A stretch of 64,000 nt of DNA from Escherichia coli (GTDB lineage: Bacteria > Pseudomonadota > Gammaproteobacteria > Enterobacterales > Enterobacteriaceae). Made by a program: the position numbers and the translations under genes. The notes beneath the pieces are model-generated. The model was not told the origin of the DNA, did not search any database, and saw nothing but the letters and a program-made list of their open reading frames with translations. Shown here piece after piece: positions 47,291 through 57,771 of this stretch. Numbering within the stretch: the stretch's first letter is position 1; the number at the start of each line of letters is the position of its first letter. The stretch lies in NCBI RefSeq assembly GCF_030013205.1, contig NZ_CP122648.1; one strand, given 5' to 3'.

Positions 47291-48628
47291 TTATGGTTTT
47301 TCACGCACAATCGCTGGCGCATTAAGTACCTGAATTAGTTCATTAAGAGACTGCAAAATATTGCTTGCCCAGAAACGACCTTCATTAGTCAGCCGCAGGC
47401 AAGTTGAAGCATCGCGACTTAAGCCTTTTTGGTGCCATTGAGCCAGTAACGGCGCGAGTTTTTCGGCATGTGGCGTAAGTTCATCCAGCGGTACACGCGC
47501 TGTTTCAACACCTGACTGCAAGGTATGACGCCATTGCGCATCACGTTCGGCGTTACGCATGATCATCATCAGCGGTTTTTTGCCTGCCGCGACGGATTCA
47601 TGCCAGGTCTGAAGATTGCGTTCGTTCATCCAGGAGTAACCATTAATCGAACCGCCGGCTCCGGAACCAAAGGCCAGACAATCGGCACCTTGTTTAATCA
47701 GCAGGTTATAGAGATTGCGTTCGCGTGTGGTACGGCCCCAGTGGCTGTTACTGATGCAGCGCCAACCGGCTTCGTCCATGAAGTCACACCCTTGCAGATA
47801 AAGATCGCGACGTTCTGCCGGAGAGGGCACGGTAGTACGCCCATTTTCCACGGCTTTGCCCAGCGGTGTATTGGGCAGGACATTGAGCGCATAGAGATCG
47901 ACGCCGTCGAGACCGATATCGCGAGCAATAGCCAGATCTTCTCCCCAGGTTTGCGCATCCTGACCCGGCAGGCCAAACAGCAGGTCACAGACCACCGCTG
48001 CACGGTCGCGTTTGACCAGGCTTTCCATAAACGCAATGGCGGTTGGGCCATCCGAGGTGCGGGCCATTTTCTTGCGGATTTTGCTGTTAAACGACTGAAT
48101 ACCAATTGAGAAGCGGTTTGCTCCTGCATCAAGGCAAGCATCGATTCGCTCAGCGTCAAAATTCAGTACCCGGCCTTCGATAGTGATTTCACAATCAGGG
48201 GTCAGTGGCAGCTTTTCTCGTAATGTATTGATAATTCTGGCTAAATCGTGTGCAGAAAGCGCGGAAGGCGTGCCGCCACCGAAATAGACCGCGTGGATGG
48301 GGGCAGACTGATGCAATACGCTGTCCGCTTCCATTTCTATTTCACGAATCAGGGCGTCGGTATAATGAGCACACGCATCTTCATTAAAACGGTTCTGATA
48401 AAAACCACAAAACGTGCAGTGTGTCGCACAAAAAGGAATGTGTAGATAAACCAGTCGCTTACGTGGTGATACCGTTTGATTGATCATCTCTTGCCAGGTC
48501 TGTGCCAGTTGCTCTTTGGCAACCGGAATGGCTCCACGAAACGGCATCATGGCGCGCCTGTCTTTAAATGGCTGATCACCGTCTAAAGCAAAATGTGGCG
48601 TGAGATCCAGGGTGTTATTTGCGTTCAT
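47291..48628 (-). CDS. chuW: radical-SAM, HemN-like anaerobic haem-degrading enzyme
   Basis: 445 aa; radical-SAM cysteine motif CATHCTFC near the N-terminus. Confidence 0.8.
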   Translation of the reverse strand: MNANNTLDLTPHFALDGDQPFKDRRAMMPFRGAIPVAKEQLAQTWQEMINQTVSPRKRLVYLHIPFCATHCTFCGFYQNRFNEDACAHYTDALIREIEMEADSVLHQSAPIHAVYFGGGTPSALSAHDLARIINTLREKLPLTPDCEITIEGRVLNFDAERIDACLDAGANRFSIGIQSFNSKIRKKMARTSDGPTAIAFMESLVKRDRAAVVCDLLFGLPGQDAQTWGEDLAIARDIGLDGVDLYALNVLPNTPLGKAVENGRTTVPSPAERRDLYLQGCDFMDEAGWRCISNSHWGRTTRERNLYNLLIKQGADCLAFGSGAGGSINGYSWMNERNLQTWHESVAAGKKPLMMIMRNAERDAQWRHTLQSGVETARVPLDELTPHAEKLAPLLAQWHQKGLSRDASTCLRLTNEGRFWASNILQSLNELIQVLNAPAIVREKP

Positions 48629-48647
48629 TCGTCTGATTTAAATCCAT

Positions 48648-49562
48648 TTATTGCGGCCAAAGCTGCTGGTGTAAAGACTCAACGACATCAGCAATACGCG
48701 GACCCATTCCCAGAATCAGGTTTTGATCAACGGTGATAATGCGCTGGTTTTTCCATGCGGCAGTGTGGGTAATTCCGGCAATAGAACGTAGCCGATTAAT
48801 ATCGCCATCGACCATTTGTGAGGTTACGACAATCACTTCTGGATTGGCCGCAATCAGTGATTCTGCACTGTAGCTTTTGTACTGCTGGTGGGTTGCGACG
48901 TTTTCTGCTCCGGCAAGCGAAAGAATGGCGTCCGCGACGCTGCCTTTACCGGCAACTTGTGGCGCACTTCCGCCTGCGGAGAGAATAAACATGGCTTTAA
49001 CCGGGGCTTTTTTGGCCGCCACGTTTTGCTGTACTCGCTCCAGGCGTTGGTTGATCTGTGTCACCAGCGCCTCGCCTTGTTCAGGAACCTGTAGCGTTTT
49101 TGCCAGTTGGCGAATGTTGGCGTACATCTGCTCAAGGGTGGCAGGCACACGCGGCAGGGTAACGACGTTGACTTTCTGCGCCCGTAGTTGGTCGAGCACA
49201 ATTTGCGGTCCAGCATCCTGCCAGGTAATTACGCTATCCGGGCGAAGTGACAAAATGCCTTCGCTGCTGAGTTGTTTCCAGTAGCCAATATGCGGCAGTT
49301 TGGCGGTTTCTGGTGGATAAGATGTCGTTTCATCGACACCAACCACGCGTTCGCCAGCGCCCATCGCGTAGATTAGCTCCGTCAGCGATCCTCCTGCGAC
49401 CACGATACGTTCGGCAGCCGTTACGCTAAAAGCCCAGCTAAGAGCCAGTACTGCCGTAAACAATTTTTTTCGTTTTACCGCGGTCTTCGCGGCAGAGGCC
49501 ACGGCTGAAATACATAACGTTAGTGGGGAAAAAAGAAACGGCCTGGTGATGATCCTTGGCAT
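48648..49562 (-). CDS. chuT: periplasmic haem-binding protein of the ABC system
   Basis: ORF 48648..49640; start placed at the ATG at 49562 (304 aa) because a Fur-box-like sequence at 49587-49606 would otherwise lie inside the coding region; start uncertain. Confidence 0.75.
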   Translation of the reverse strand: MPRIITRPFLFSPLTLCISAVASAAKTAVKRKKLFTAVLALSWAFSVTAAERIVVAGGSLTELIYAMGAGERVVGVDETTSYPPETAKLPHIGYWKQLSSEGILSLRPDSVITWQDAGPQIVLDQLRAQKVNVVTLPRVPATLEQMYANIRQLAKTLQVPEQGEALVTQINQRLERVQQNVAAKKAPVKAMFILSAGGSAPQVAGKGSVADAILSLAGAENVATHQQYKSYSAESLIAANPEVIVVTSQMVDGDINRLRSIAGITHTAAWKNQRIITVDQNLILGMGPRIADVVESLHQQLWPQ

Positions 49563-49586
49563 AATATGAGAACTCTTATCAAATTG

Positions 49587-49606
49587 AGAATGATCATGAT
49601 TATCAT
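49587..49606. promoter_or_regulatory. Fur box upstream of chuT (chuTWXYUV operon)
   Basis: GAATGATCATGATTATCATT resembles the Fur consensus GATAATGATAATCATTATC. Confidence 0.6.
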
Positions 49607-49935
49607 TTGGGTTATATATGAAATACAACCGTCGATTCAATACGTAAGGCGTTACAAGCGTATTTATTTTTGATTTTTATCAAGATGCTTCGTCAGCTAA
49701 CGTTCTTGTTACCGACTAAATTTCAGCGCGGGAAAAAGCTGAGAACCCAGAGATATCAAGGCTTGCAGAGCAAAGCGAAGAGAAAATTATCACTGTTAAC
49801 GACAAAGTTTAGTGATGAGGTCATGGGGGAATAACCATAAAAACAAAGTGGTTTCCAGGGCGCAGGATAAGTTTCATAACCCCCTGTTTATTGTGTTAAT
49901 GGCGGTTAAAAAAAGCTTGATCATAAAAAATTGAT

Positions 49936-49954
49936 CGATAATAATTCTCATTAT
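49936..49954. promoter_or_regulatory. Fur box in the chuT–chuA divergent region (candidate chuA promoter operator)
   Basis: GATAATAATTCTCATTATC, about 290 bp upstream of the chuA ATG. Confidence 0.6.
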
Positions 49955-50244
49955 CACGTTTGCGCTTAACAAAACACGACCATATGGATAACAAAACCAT
50001 AGCATTTGCAAGGGATAACGCACAGCGCTCTTCACTCCTGATGGGGCATATCGTTTTGCCTGACAAAGAGGGCGTGCTTTTGCGTATTTGCCGAGATACC
50101 AGGCAATTTCATGGGATATAAACGCCTGTAAACTCACCCGGCGAATATTATCGCTCTGAATTTTAAATAAATTTATTTTTCGCCAGCCACCCCGGTATTA
50201 ACCCAGGCAGCCAGCATTTTTTATTTTCCTCATGGAGAATCGCT

Positions 50245-52227
50245 ATGTCACGTCCGCAATTTACCTCGTTGCGTTTGAGTTTGTTGGCTTTGGCTGTTTC
50301 TGCCACCTTGCCAACGTTTGCTTTTGCTACTGAAACCATGACCGTTACGGCAACGGGGAATGCCCGTAGTTCCTTCGAAGCGCCTATGATGGTCAGCGTC
50401 ATCGACACTTCCGCTCCTGAAAATCAAACGGCTACTTCAGCCACCGATCTGCTGCGTCATGTTCCTGGAATTACTCTTGATGGTACCGGACGAACCAACG
50501 GTCAGGATGTAAATATGCGTGGCTATGATCATCGCGGCGTGCTGGTTCTTGTCGATGGTGTTCGCCAGGGAACGGATACCGGACACCTGAATGGTACTTT
50601 TCTTGATCCGGCGCTGATCAAGCGTGTTGAGATTGTTCGCGGACCTTCAGCATTACTGTATGGCAGTGGCGCGCTGGGTGGAGTGATCTCCTACGATACG
50701 GTCGATGCAAAAGATTTATTGCAGGAAGGACAAAGTAGTGGTTTTCGTGTCTTTGGTACTGGCGGCACGGGGGACCATAGCCTGGGATTAGGCGCGAGCG
50801 CGTTTGGGCGAACTGAAAATCTGGATGGTATTGTGGCCTGGTCCAGTCGCGATCGGGGTGATTTACGCCAGAGCAATGGTGAAACCGCGCCGAATGACGA
50901 GTCCATTAATAACATGCTGGCGAAAGGGACCTGGCAAATTGATTCAGCCCAGTCTCTGAGCGGTTTAGTGCGTTACTACAACAACGACGCGCGTGAACCA
51001 AAAAATCCGCAGACCGTTGAAGCTTCTGATAGCAGCAACCCGATGGTTGATCGTTCTACAATTCAACGCGATGCGCAGCTTTCTTATAAACTCGCCCCGC
51101 AGGGCAACGACTGGTTAAATGCAGATGCAAAAATTTACTGGTCGGAAGTCCGTATTAATGCGCAAAACACGGGGAGTTCCGGCGAGTATCGTGAACAGAT
51201 AACAAAAGGAGCAAGGCTGGAGAACCGTTCCACTCTATTTGCCGACAGTTTCGCTTCTCACTTACTGACATATGGCGGTGAGTATTATCGTCAGGAACAA
51301 CATCCGGGCGGCGCGACGACGGGCTTCCCGCAAGCAAAAATCGATTTTAGCTCTGGCTGGCTACAGGATGAGATCACCTTACGCGATCTGCCGATTACCC
51401 TGCTTGGCGGAACCCGCTATGACAGTTATCGCGGTAGCAGCGACGGCTACAAAGATGTTGATGCTGACAAATGGTCATCTCGTGCGGGGATGACTATCAA
51501 CCCGACCAACTGGCTGATGTTATTTGGCTCATATGCCCAGGCATTCCGCGCCCCGACGATGGGCGAAATGTATAACGATTCTAAGCACTTCTCGATTGGT
51601 CGCTTCTATACCAACTATTGGGTGCCAAACCCGAACTTACGTCCGGAAACTAACGAAACTCAGGAGTACGGTTTTGGGCTGCGTTTTGATGACCTGATGT
51701 TGTCCAATGATGCCCTGGAATTTAAAGCCAGCTACTTTGATACCAAAGCGAAGGATTACATCTCCACGACCGTCGATTTCGCGGCGGCGACGACTATGTC
51801 GTATAACGTCCCGAACGCCAAAATCTGGGGCTGGGATGTGATGACGAAATATACCACTGATCTGTTTAGCCTTGATGTGGCCTATAACCGAACCCGCGGC
51901 AAAGACACCGATACCGGCGAATATATCTCCAGTATTAACCCGGATACCGTTACCAGTACCCTGAATATTCCGATCGCTCATAGTGGCTTCTCTGTTGGTT
52001 GGGTCGGTACGTTTGCCGATCGCTCAACACATATCAGCAGCAGCTACAGCAAACAACCTGGCTATGGCGTGAATGATTTCTACGTCAGTTATCAAGGACA
52101 ACAGGCGCTCAAAGGCATGACCACTACTTTGGTGTTGGGTAACGCTTTCGACAAAGAGTACTGGTCGCCACAAGGCATCCCACAGGATGGTCGTAATGGA
52201 AAAATTTTCGTGAGTTATCAATGGTAA
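50245..52227 (+). CDS. chuA: TonB-dependent outer-membrane haem/haemoglobin receptor
   Basis: 660 aa; signal peptide; TonB-dependent receptor architecture; C-terminal aromatic residue (...SYQW). Confidence 0.9.
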   Translation: MSRPQFTSLRLSLLALAVSATLPTFAFATETMTVTATGNARSSFEAPMMVSVIDTSAPENQTATSATDLLRHVPGITLDGTGRTNGQDVNMRGYDHRGVLVLVDGVRQGTDTGHLNGTFLDPALIKRVEIVRGPSALLYGSGALGGVISYDTVDAKDLLQEGQSSGFRVFGTGGTGDHSLGLGASAFGRTENLDGIVAWSSRDRGDLRQSNGETAPNDESINNMLAKGTWQIDSAQSLSGLVRYYNNDAREPKNPQTVEASDSSNPMVDRSTIQRDAQLSYKLAPQGNDWLNADAKIYWSEVRINAQNTGSSGEYREQITKGARLENRSTLFADSFASHLLTYGGEYYRQEQHPGGATTGFPQAKIDFSSGWLQDEITLRDLPITLLGGTRYDSYRGSSDGYKDVDADKWSSRAGMTINPTNWLMLFGSYAQAFRAPTMGEMYNDSKHFSIGRFYTNYWVPNPNLRPETNETQEYGFGLRFDDLMLSNDALEFKASYFDTKAKDYISTTVDFAAATTMSYNVPNAKIWGWDVMTKYTTDLFSLDVAYNRTRGKDTDTGEYISSINPDTVTSTLNIPIAHSGFSVGWVGTFADRSTHISSSYSKQPGYGVNDFYVSYQGQQALKGMTTTLVLGNAFDKEYWSPQGIPQDGRNGKIFVSYQW

Positions 52228-52275
52228 TCATCTGCCCCGATATTTCGGGGCATTTATCTGGAAGGAAGAGAGACA

Positions 52276-53304
52276 ATGAACCACTACACACGCTGGCTTG
52301 AGTTAAAAGAACAAAATCCCGGAAAGTACGCGCGTGACATCGCAGGTTTAATGAATATTAGCGAAGCAGAACTGGCATTTGCGCGCGTCACGCACGATGC
52401 GTGGCGGATGTGCGGCGATATCCGTGACATTCTGGCGGCGCTCGAAAGTGTTGGCGAGACCAAATGTATTTGTCGTAATGAATATGCAGTCCATGAGCAA
52501 GTTGGTGCGTTCACAAACCAGCATTTGAACGGACATGCCGGATTGATCCTCAATCCGCGCGCGCTGGATTTGCGTCTGTTTCTCAATCAATGGGCCAGTG
52601 TTTTTCACATTAAAGAAAATACGACTCGTGGCGAACGCCAGAGTATTCAGTTCTTTGATCATCAGGGCGATGCATTACTAAAAGTTTATGCCACCGACAA
52701 TACCGATATGGCGGCATGGAGTGAGCTTCTGGCACGGTTTATCACCGATGAGAATACGTCGCTTGAGTTAAAAGCCGTTGATGCGCCAGTTGTTCAAACG
52801 CGAGCCGATGCCAGTGTGGTCGAGCAAGAGTGGCGGGCGATGACCGACGTTCATCAGTTTTTTACGTTGCTCAAGCGCCACAACCTGACGCGCCAACAGG
52901 CGTTCAATCTGGTGGCAGATGATTTGGCCTGCAAAGTATCCAACAGTGCGTTGGCGCAAATTCTTGAATCTGCACAGCAGGATGGCAATGAAATCATGGT
53001 GTTTGTTGGCAACCGTGGCTGCGTACAGATTTTCACCGGTGTGGTAGAAAAAGTGGTGCCAATGAAAGGTTGGCTGAATATTTTTAACCCGACGTTTACT
53101 CTTCATCTATTAGAAGAGAGCATTGCTGAAACCTGGGTAACCCGTAAACCTGCTAGTGACGGTTATGTGACCAGTCTGGAATTGTTTGCCCATGATGGTA
53201 CGCAGATAGCGCAACTTTATGGTCAACGTACAGAAGGCGAACAGGAGCAAGCGCAATGGCGTAAGCAAATTGCTTCGCTGATACCGGAAGGCGTTACTGC
53301 ATAA
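52276..53304 (+). CDS. chuS: cytoplasmic haem-degrading / haem-trafficking protein
   Basis: 342-aa ORF immediately downstream of chuA. Confidence 0.85.
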   Translation: MNHYTRWLELKEQNPGKYARDIAGLMNISEAELAFARVTHDAWRMCGDIRDILAALESVGETKCICRNEYAVHEQVGAFTNQHLNGHAGLILNPRALDLRLFLNQWASVFHIKENTTRGERQSIQFFDHQGDALLKVYATDNTDMAAWSELLARFITDENTSLELKAVDAPVVQTRADASVVEQEWRAMTDVHQFFTLLKRHNLTRQQAFNLVADDLACKVSNSALAQILESAQQDGNEIMVFVGNRGCVQIFTGVVEKVVPMKGWLNIFNPTFTLHLLEESIAETWVTRKPASDGYVTSLELFAHDGTQIAQLYGQRTEGEQEQAQWRKQIASLIPEGVTA

Positions 53305-53364
53305 CGTATAATTAACGGGAGGTCTGGCTATTTATTGCTGGGCCTCTTTATATTAATCAATCGA

Positions 53365-53895
53365 TCACACCAGATAATCAATATGCTGATGGCGTACCAA
53401 CTCATTGATCCGCTTAAGATTGAGGATCATCATGATATTGTGTTTATGGCAGTAGAACGTTTTTAGCGATATTTTCAGTTTCTCCAGAATATCTTCCGTT
53501 GTCATTTGATTCGCAATGCAGCTCAGAACCTGATGCTGCTTGCGCGAAAGGGACACATCCGCTTCAGGCACAGAGCAGTAACTGCCATTGATGAGTGCGA
53601 CAAAGTCGATGATGGTGATAGTTCGCGGAACAAAGGTCACCGGTACTTTCCCCAGGCAGCGTTTAATATTAAAGGGAGAGAAAATAATCACATGGACAGG
53701 TTTTAATCGTTCAATTTGAGTGAGCAAATTAGAATGAAATACATTATTCATTAATGTATCAATAATGACGAAGGCATGCTGATGCAACATTACGTCGATC
53801 TCTTCTTCGTTCTGTATATGAACGACATTACCTTTACTCAGAATGTTTTTCATCGCAGTGAAGAACATCGTATCCCTGGTAATTATAAGAAACAT
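53365..53895 (-). CDS. dctR: LuxR-family transcriptional regulator
   Basis: 176 aa, AT-rich; conserved position next to slp. Confidence 0.85.
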   Translation of the reverse strand: MFLIITRDTMFFTAMKNILSKGNVVHIQNEEEIDVMLHQHAFVIIDTLMNNVFHSNLLTQIERLKPVHVIIFSPFNIKRCLGKVPVTFVPRTITIIDFVALINGSYCSVPEADVSLSRKQHQVLSCIANQMTTEDILEKLKISLKTFYCHKHNIMMILNLKRINELVRHQHIDYLV

Positions 53896-54047
53896 AACCG
53901 ACTCCTGGTGCGGACATTAACTTTATAATCAGTTTGCCAAAGGTAATTAACAGGACAGGGCTTATAATAATAGTTAGCTGGCTGTGTATTAATTTGATGT
54001 AATGCATGATGCAGATGCTGAGAAAGCATCTGCATCTCTCGGTGGTG

Positions 54048-54614
54048 TTATTTGACCAGCTCAGGTGTTACCTGACTCACCGCATTGGTGTAGTAAGGCG
54101 CGCCCCAGCCTGGTTCCGGCCAGAATGCACCATAGCCGTAATCCCACAGGTTATAGGTGGTATTAACCATTTCTCTCAAATGCCACACCTGAATGCCCTG
54201 CATATTCACTTCCAGGAAGTTATACGGGACTTTATTGATAAAGCCAGGTTGTTCACCCTGAATGGTACCGAGGATGGTAACAAAGTGATTACGATAGTTC
54301 ACTGGATCAAGGAAGCCGCTTTGTCTGGCGAGCAGTCGGCCCTGATAGTTGGCTTCAATATCAGGCTTCGCATAGCTATCCAACGGTAATACAGCGATTT
54401 CTAACAACGTATCCGTTTTGCCATTGATAACGTTGATAACCTTCCCACCAAAGCGCGCTTGTTGACCAACATATAACCCCGGCTGGTTATGAACAGCAAC
54501 AAAACTTTTTTGAATATCAGGTTGGTTATTGCCTTTGATATTTTGCGGAATTGAACTACATGCGGCAAGCAAAAATGAAAGGCTGAGGATGAGTGCACCT
54601 TTTGTCATGTTCAT
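54048..54614 (-). CDS. slp: starvation/acid-inducible outer-membrane lipoprotein
   Basis: 188-aa product from the internal ATG (MNMTKGALILSLSFLLAACSS, lipobox LAAC) within ORF 54048..54833. Confidence 0.88.
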   Translation of the reverse strand: MNMTKGALILSLSFLLAACSSIPQNIKGNNQPDIQKSFVAVHNQPGLYVGQQARFGGKVINVINGKTDTLLEIAVLPLDSYAKPDIEANYQGRLLARQSGFLDPVNYRNHFVTILGTIQGEQPGFINKVPYNFLEVNMQGIQVWHLREMVNTTYNLWDYGYGAFWPEPGWGAPYYTNAVSQVTPELVK

Positions 54615-54858
54615 GTTACTATCCTTATCAACAAATATTAAAACCATAATAGATATTTCTTTATAGTTTTCATCTGATTCTGAGGCGATATGCCTGATAG
54701 TAACGTAAACCTGTCTGATGTTTATATCCCTTCTGTTTAGTTTAATTCTGTTAATTTTGGGGCGTGACATGAGTATCCATCGCCCCATAAAATAGCCTTT
54801 TTTTAAAGGTACATAAAATCTATTTTTATTCAATGATTATAAAGTGCTAATGTTCATA

Positions 54859-56082
54859 TTATGGGATTATATTCTGGTAATGATTTGATAAGCGAATTCT
54901 TTTGCCAGATGGTGTTTCTATTTCCACCCCATAATTTATAGTTTTTTCATCAGGTAGCGATCTCTTTAAATAAGGTGCGTATGACATTTTTTTTGGGTTA
55001 AGCGTCTCGTATTGAAATACTTCGAATTGATATTCAGACATTTCTGCCCATGTTTGAATTTTATTGTATCGGGGTAGTGTCGTAAAGGCTTTAACTTGCT
55101 TATAACATTGTTTTTTGAATTCTTGCTGATATTTTAATATGTCATTGTATGAAATATTGGTTATCCTGGCCTCTAAGAATTTAATTATTGTCGAAGCAAT
55201 TTCCGCTTTTGCTCGTAAAAAGTTGTCATTAATGGTTAATAATGTTGAAAATAAACCTTCGATTTGTTTGTCAAGATATTGTTCGTCTTTATATAATTTT
55301 GGGGTAGGGTGTTCTTTATGTGAAAAAATAGTGTCACCTAAATTTGCGTCAGTGAAATTTATATTAAGTAGATCTTCGAAATAAAACCTTGACAAGGTTA
55401 GAACGAACCCGGACAGGTTCTGTCCTGTCATATTGAAATCAATAAAGTTGGTTCCGGCAAAGACTTTCATCCTGTTTTTATTTTCACTGTGTTCAATATA
55501 TAACTTCGTCATTTTTTGATACAGGCTTTGAATATCTTTTATATTAGTCGGTAAGTCAGCTCGTTGTTCAGCAATAAAATTAGTATCTGAAAATATGGTT
55601 TGGACACTGAATGTTATGGGTATTCCCTCTTCTACGCTAATTTTAGTTATGATTGCCTTGTCGGGTTTAGGATTAGCGACAACAATGATTCGACATTCAG
55701 CACTTTTGTTCTTTTCGTATCTAATGTTATTAATTTGATTAAGTAGTCCCTGTGCCTGCCGCGTAAGTGGTGTCGAACTTATCGATTCAATGTTAGTAAT
55801 AAGACTTACAAGTTGAGCCACAACTTTTGAGTAGTCTGCATTTGTATATGTGGTGTTCGTGTGGCACGCATTAATTTGTTGGAGTTGTTGTTGCGCTAAA
55901 TCAAATTGTTCAGCGTTATATCCTTCTTCAGACAATGAAAAATTAATGGGTTGCTGTTCTTCCTGATTATCACAAGGCCACATCGGTGTGTCTGGTGTTT
56001 TAACATTGTCGGTATCTGTTGTGCGGTTATAAATATCGCCGTGATATGTATTTATCATACCTGGGGTAAAGTCAATTGACAT
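54859..56082 (-). CDS. yhiS: hypothetical protein, YhiS-like, apparently intact
   Basis: 407-aa uninterrupted ORF in an AT-rich segment; assigned from position between slp and the ars genes; function unknown. Confidence 0.6.
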   Translation of the reverse strand: MSIDFTPGMINTYHGDIYNRTTDTDNVKTPDTPMWPCDNQEEQQPINFSLSEEGYNAEQFDLAQQQLQQINACHTNTTYTNADYSKVVAQLVSLITNIESISSTPLTRQAQGLLNQINNIRYEKNKSAECRIIVVANPKPDKAIITKISVEEGIPITFSVQTIFSDTNFIAEQRADLPTNIKDIQSLYQKMTKLYIEHSENKNRMKVFAGTNFIDFNMTGQNLSGFVLTLSRFYFEDLLNINFTDANLGDTIFSHKEHPTPKLYKDEQYLDKQIEGLFSTLLTINDNFLRAKAEIASTIIKFLEARITNISYNDILKYQQEFKKQCYKQVKAFTTLPRYNKIQTWAEMSEYQFEVFQYETLNPKKMSYAPYLKRSLPDEKTINYGVEIETPSGKRIRLSNHYQNIIP

Positions 56083-56662
56083 AACATTCCTTATTGTTCA
56101 TCTATTTCGCTAAATTTTTGTAAATCGGAGAATTAGAGCAGGAATGGATTTTCTTCTACGCGGAAATAAACACAATGCGTCATATCTTCCTGATATAATT
56201 ATCTTTAACTTCCCTTTCATTTCCACCCGGTAATATTTGTGTATAAAAAAAGGGCAGTGATAGTATCGTAAAGGAAAACGTTAACAACTATCAAAAAGCG
56301 CTCATTTTAAAAAGTTATGATGTTCACCGATAGTGTGTGAAGTGATATTTTTGTGATGTTTTAGATGTGTAATAATGAACCAGGTTAAAGTGTATTTAAA
56401 AATGTGTTGTATTGGCGACTGAAATCTGCCCTTTAAAAGGGGGGATAGCACTGAAACAAAGAGACATTGCTTCTCCGATAAAATGTCAGAGAAGCATGAT
56501 TGCGTGGTGATTGTCGATTGATGACTTACTGACGGATCCGTCATCATTCTCAAAGCATTAGTTAAGTTATTTGTGATTTTTAAGGATTATCCTATCTATG
56601 ATTTTCTACTCAGAAGGATAAGGCACTCACAATGCTCCTTATAGTTTACTGCTGGCATCTAT

Positions 56663-57676
56663 TTAAAATAGCATTTGAGTCAAATAGCCCATCAAGATAG
56701 CCATACCTAATATAACCGTCAGGAATGCAACTATCATCGGTATTCTGAACATTGATTTAAGTAATATCACTTCCGTCAGACTTGCGCCGGCACTGCCGAT
56801 GATTAATGCCATTAATGCCCCCAGACCCATGCCTTTCGTCATCAGAACTGATGCCAGAGGGATAACCGCCTCTGCCCGGATATATAGCGGAATACCGACA
56901 ACGGCGCTCAATGGGATGGCGAAGGGATTATCTGCCCCTGCATGAGCGGCAATCCACTCTGAGGGAATAAAGCCATAAATAAAAGAGCCTATTAATACCC
57001 CTAACAAAAGATATGGCAGTACATCTTTAAACTGTTGCAACGCATCTTTGGTGGCTAGTTTTATGGGATTAATACTTACCACAGCTTTGGTACTGCAACA
57101 GTTTACTACAGGTTTCTCAATGGCTTTAGCCGCTGGACTACAGCAACTCACTTTTATTGGCGTATATGTCGTCCCCGGCGAAGTTTTGGCTGGAGCACAA
57201 CAATTTGCTGATGAGCTTTTACTGGCAATGATATGACGTTCAAATCCCAGGGAATCCAGGATAATACTGGCAAGTACGGAGACGCCGGCGGCGATAATCG
57301 CGTACAACAAGGTAACTTTCCAGCCAAAGGTCACCCACATTAACCCGACGATAATGGGATTAAGTAATGGGGAAACAAATAAAAAAGTGAGGGTCGGACC
57401 GAACCCGGCTTTCGCTGACAACAATCCACGTAACATTGGGATTGTCGAGCAACTACAGAACGGGGTAACGGCTCCCAACAGAGCCGCCAGGAGATAGCCT
57501 CTCCCTTTTCTGGCCCCCATCATCTGCCGGATTTTATGGTCTGGCACCTTTTGTCTTATCAGGCTCACACCGGCACTAATCACTATAAACAGCAAAGAAA
57601 GCTCAACGGCGAGAAACACAAACATCTCTGCGGCATCTTGCAGCATCGCAAGCCAACTACTCATACGTAACCTCAT
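56663..57676 (-). CDS. ArsP/DUF318-family permease with TPFCSCS motif and cysteine-rich loop (putative organoarsenical or metal(loid) efflux permease)
   Basis: 337-aa polytopic ORF containing GAVTPFCSCSTIP, which I recall as the ArsP signature, plus a central CC-rich segment (NCCAPAK...VSCCSPAAK...VNCCSTK). Confidence 0.7.
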   Translation of the reverse strand: MRLRMSSWLAMLQDAAEMFVFLAVELSLLFIVISAGVSLIRQKVPDHKIRQMMGARKGRGYLLAALLGAVTPFCSCSTIPMLRGLLSAKAGFGPTLTFLFVSPLLNPIIVGLMWVTFGWKVTLLYAIIAAGVSVLASIILDSLGFERHIIASKSSSANCCAPAKTSPGTTYTPIKVSCCSPAAKAIEKPVVNCCSTKAVVSINPIKLATKDALQQFKDVLPYLLLGVLIGSFIYGFIPSEWIAAHAGADNPFAIPLSAVVGIPLYIRAEAVIPLASVLMTKGMGLGALMALIIGSAGASLTEVILLKSMFRIPMIVAFLTVILGMAILMGYLTQMLF

Positions 57677-57771
57677 TGAATAAATCTATATTTCCAGAAT
57701 AATCGAAATGAAATTCAGATCAAGATATTTCTGGTATTATCGAAATATCAACCAGACAAAGGGGGTGTCAT

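Noticed and set aside
44300-53360. chu locus as a mobile genomic island (mobile_element call)
   Set aside because: No integrase, transposase, IS, tRNA or direct repeats at the borders; better described as a lineage-specific chromosomal locus than a recognisable mobile element.
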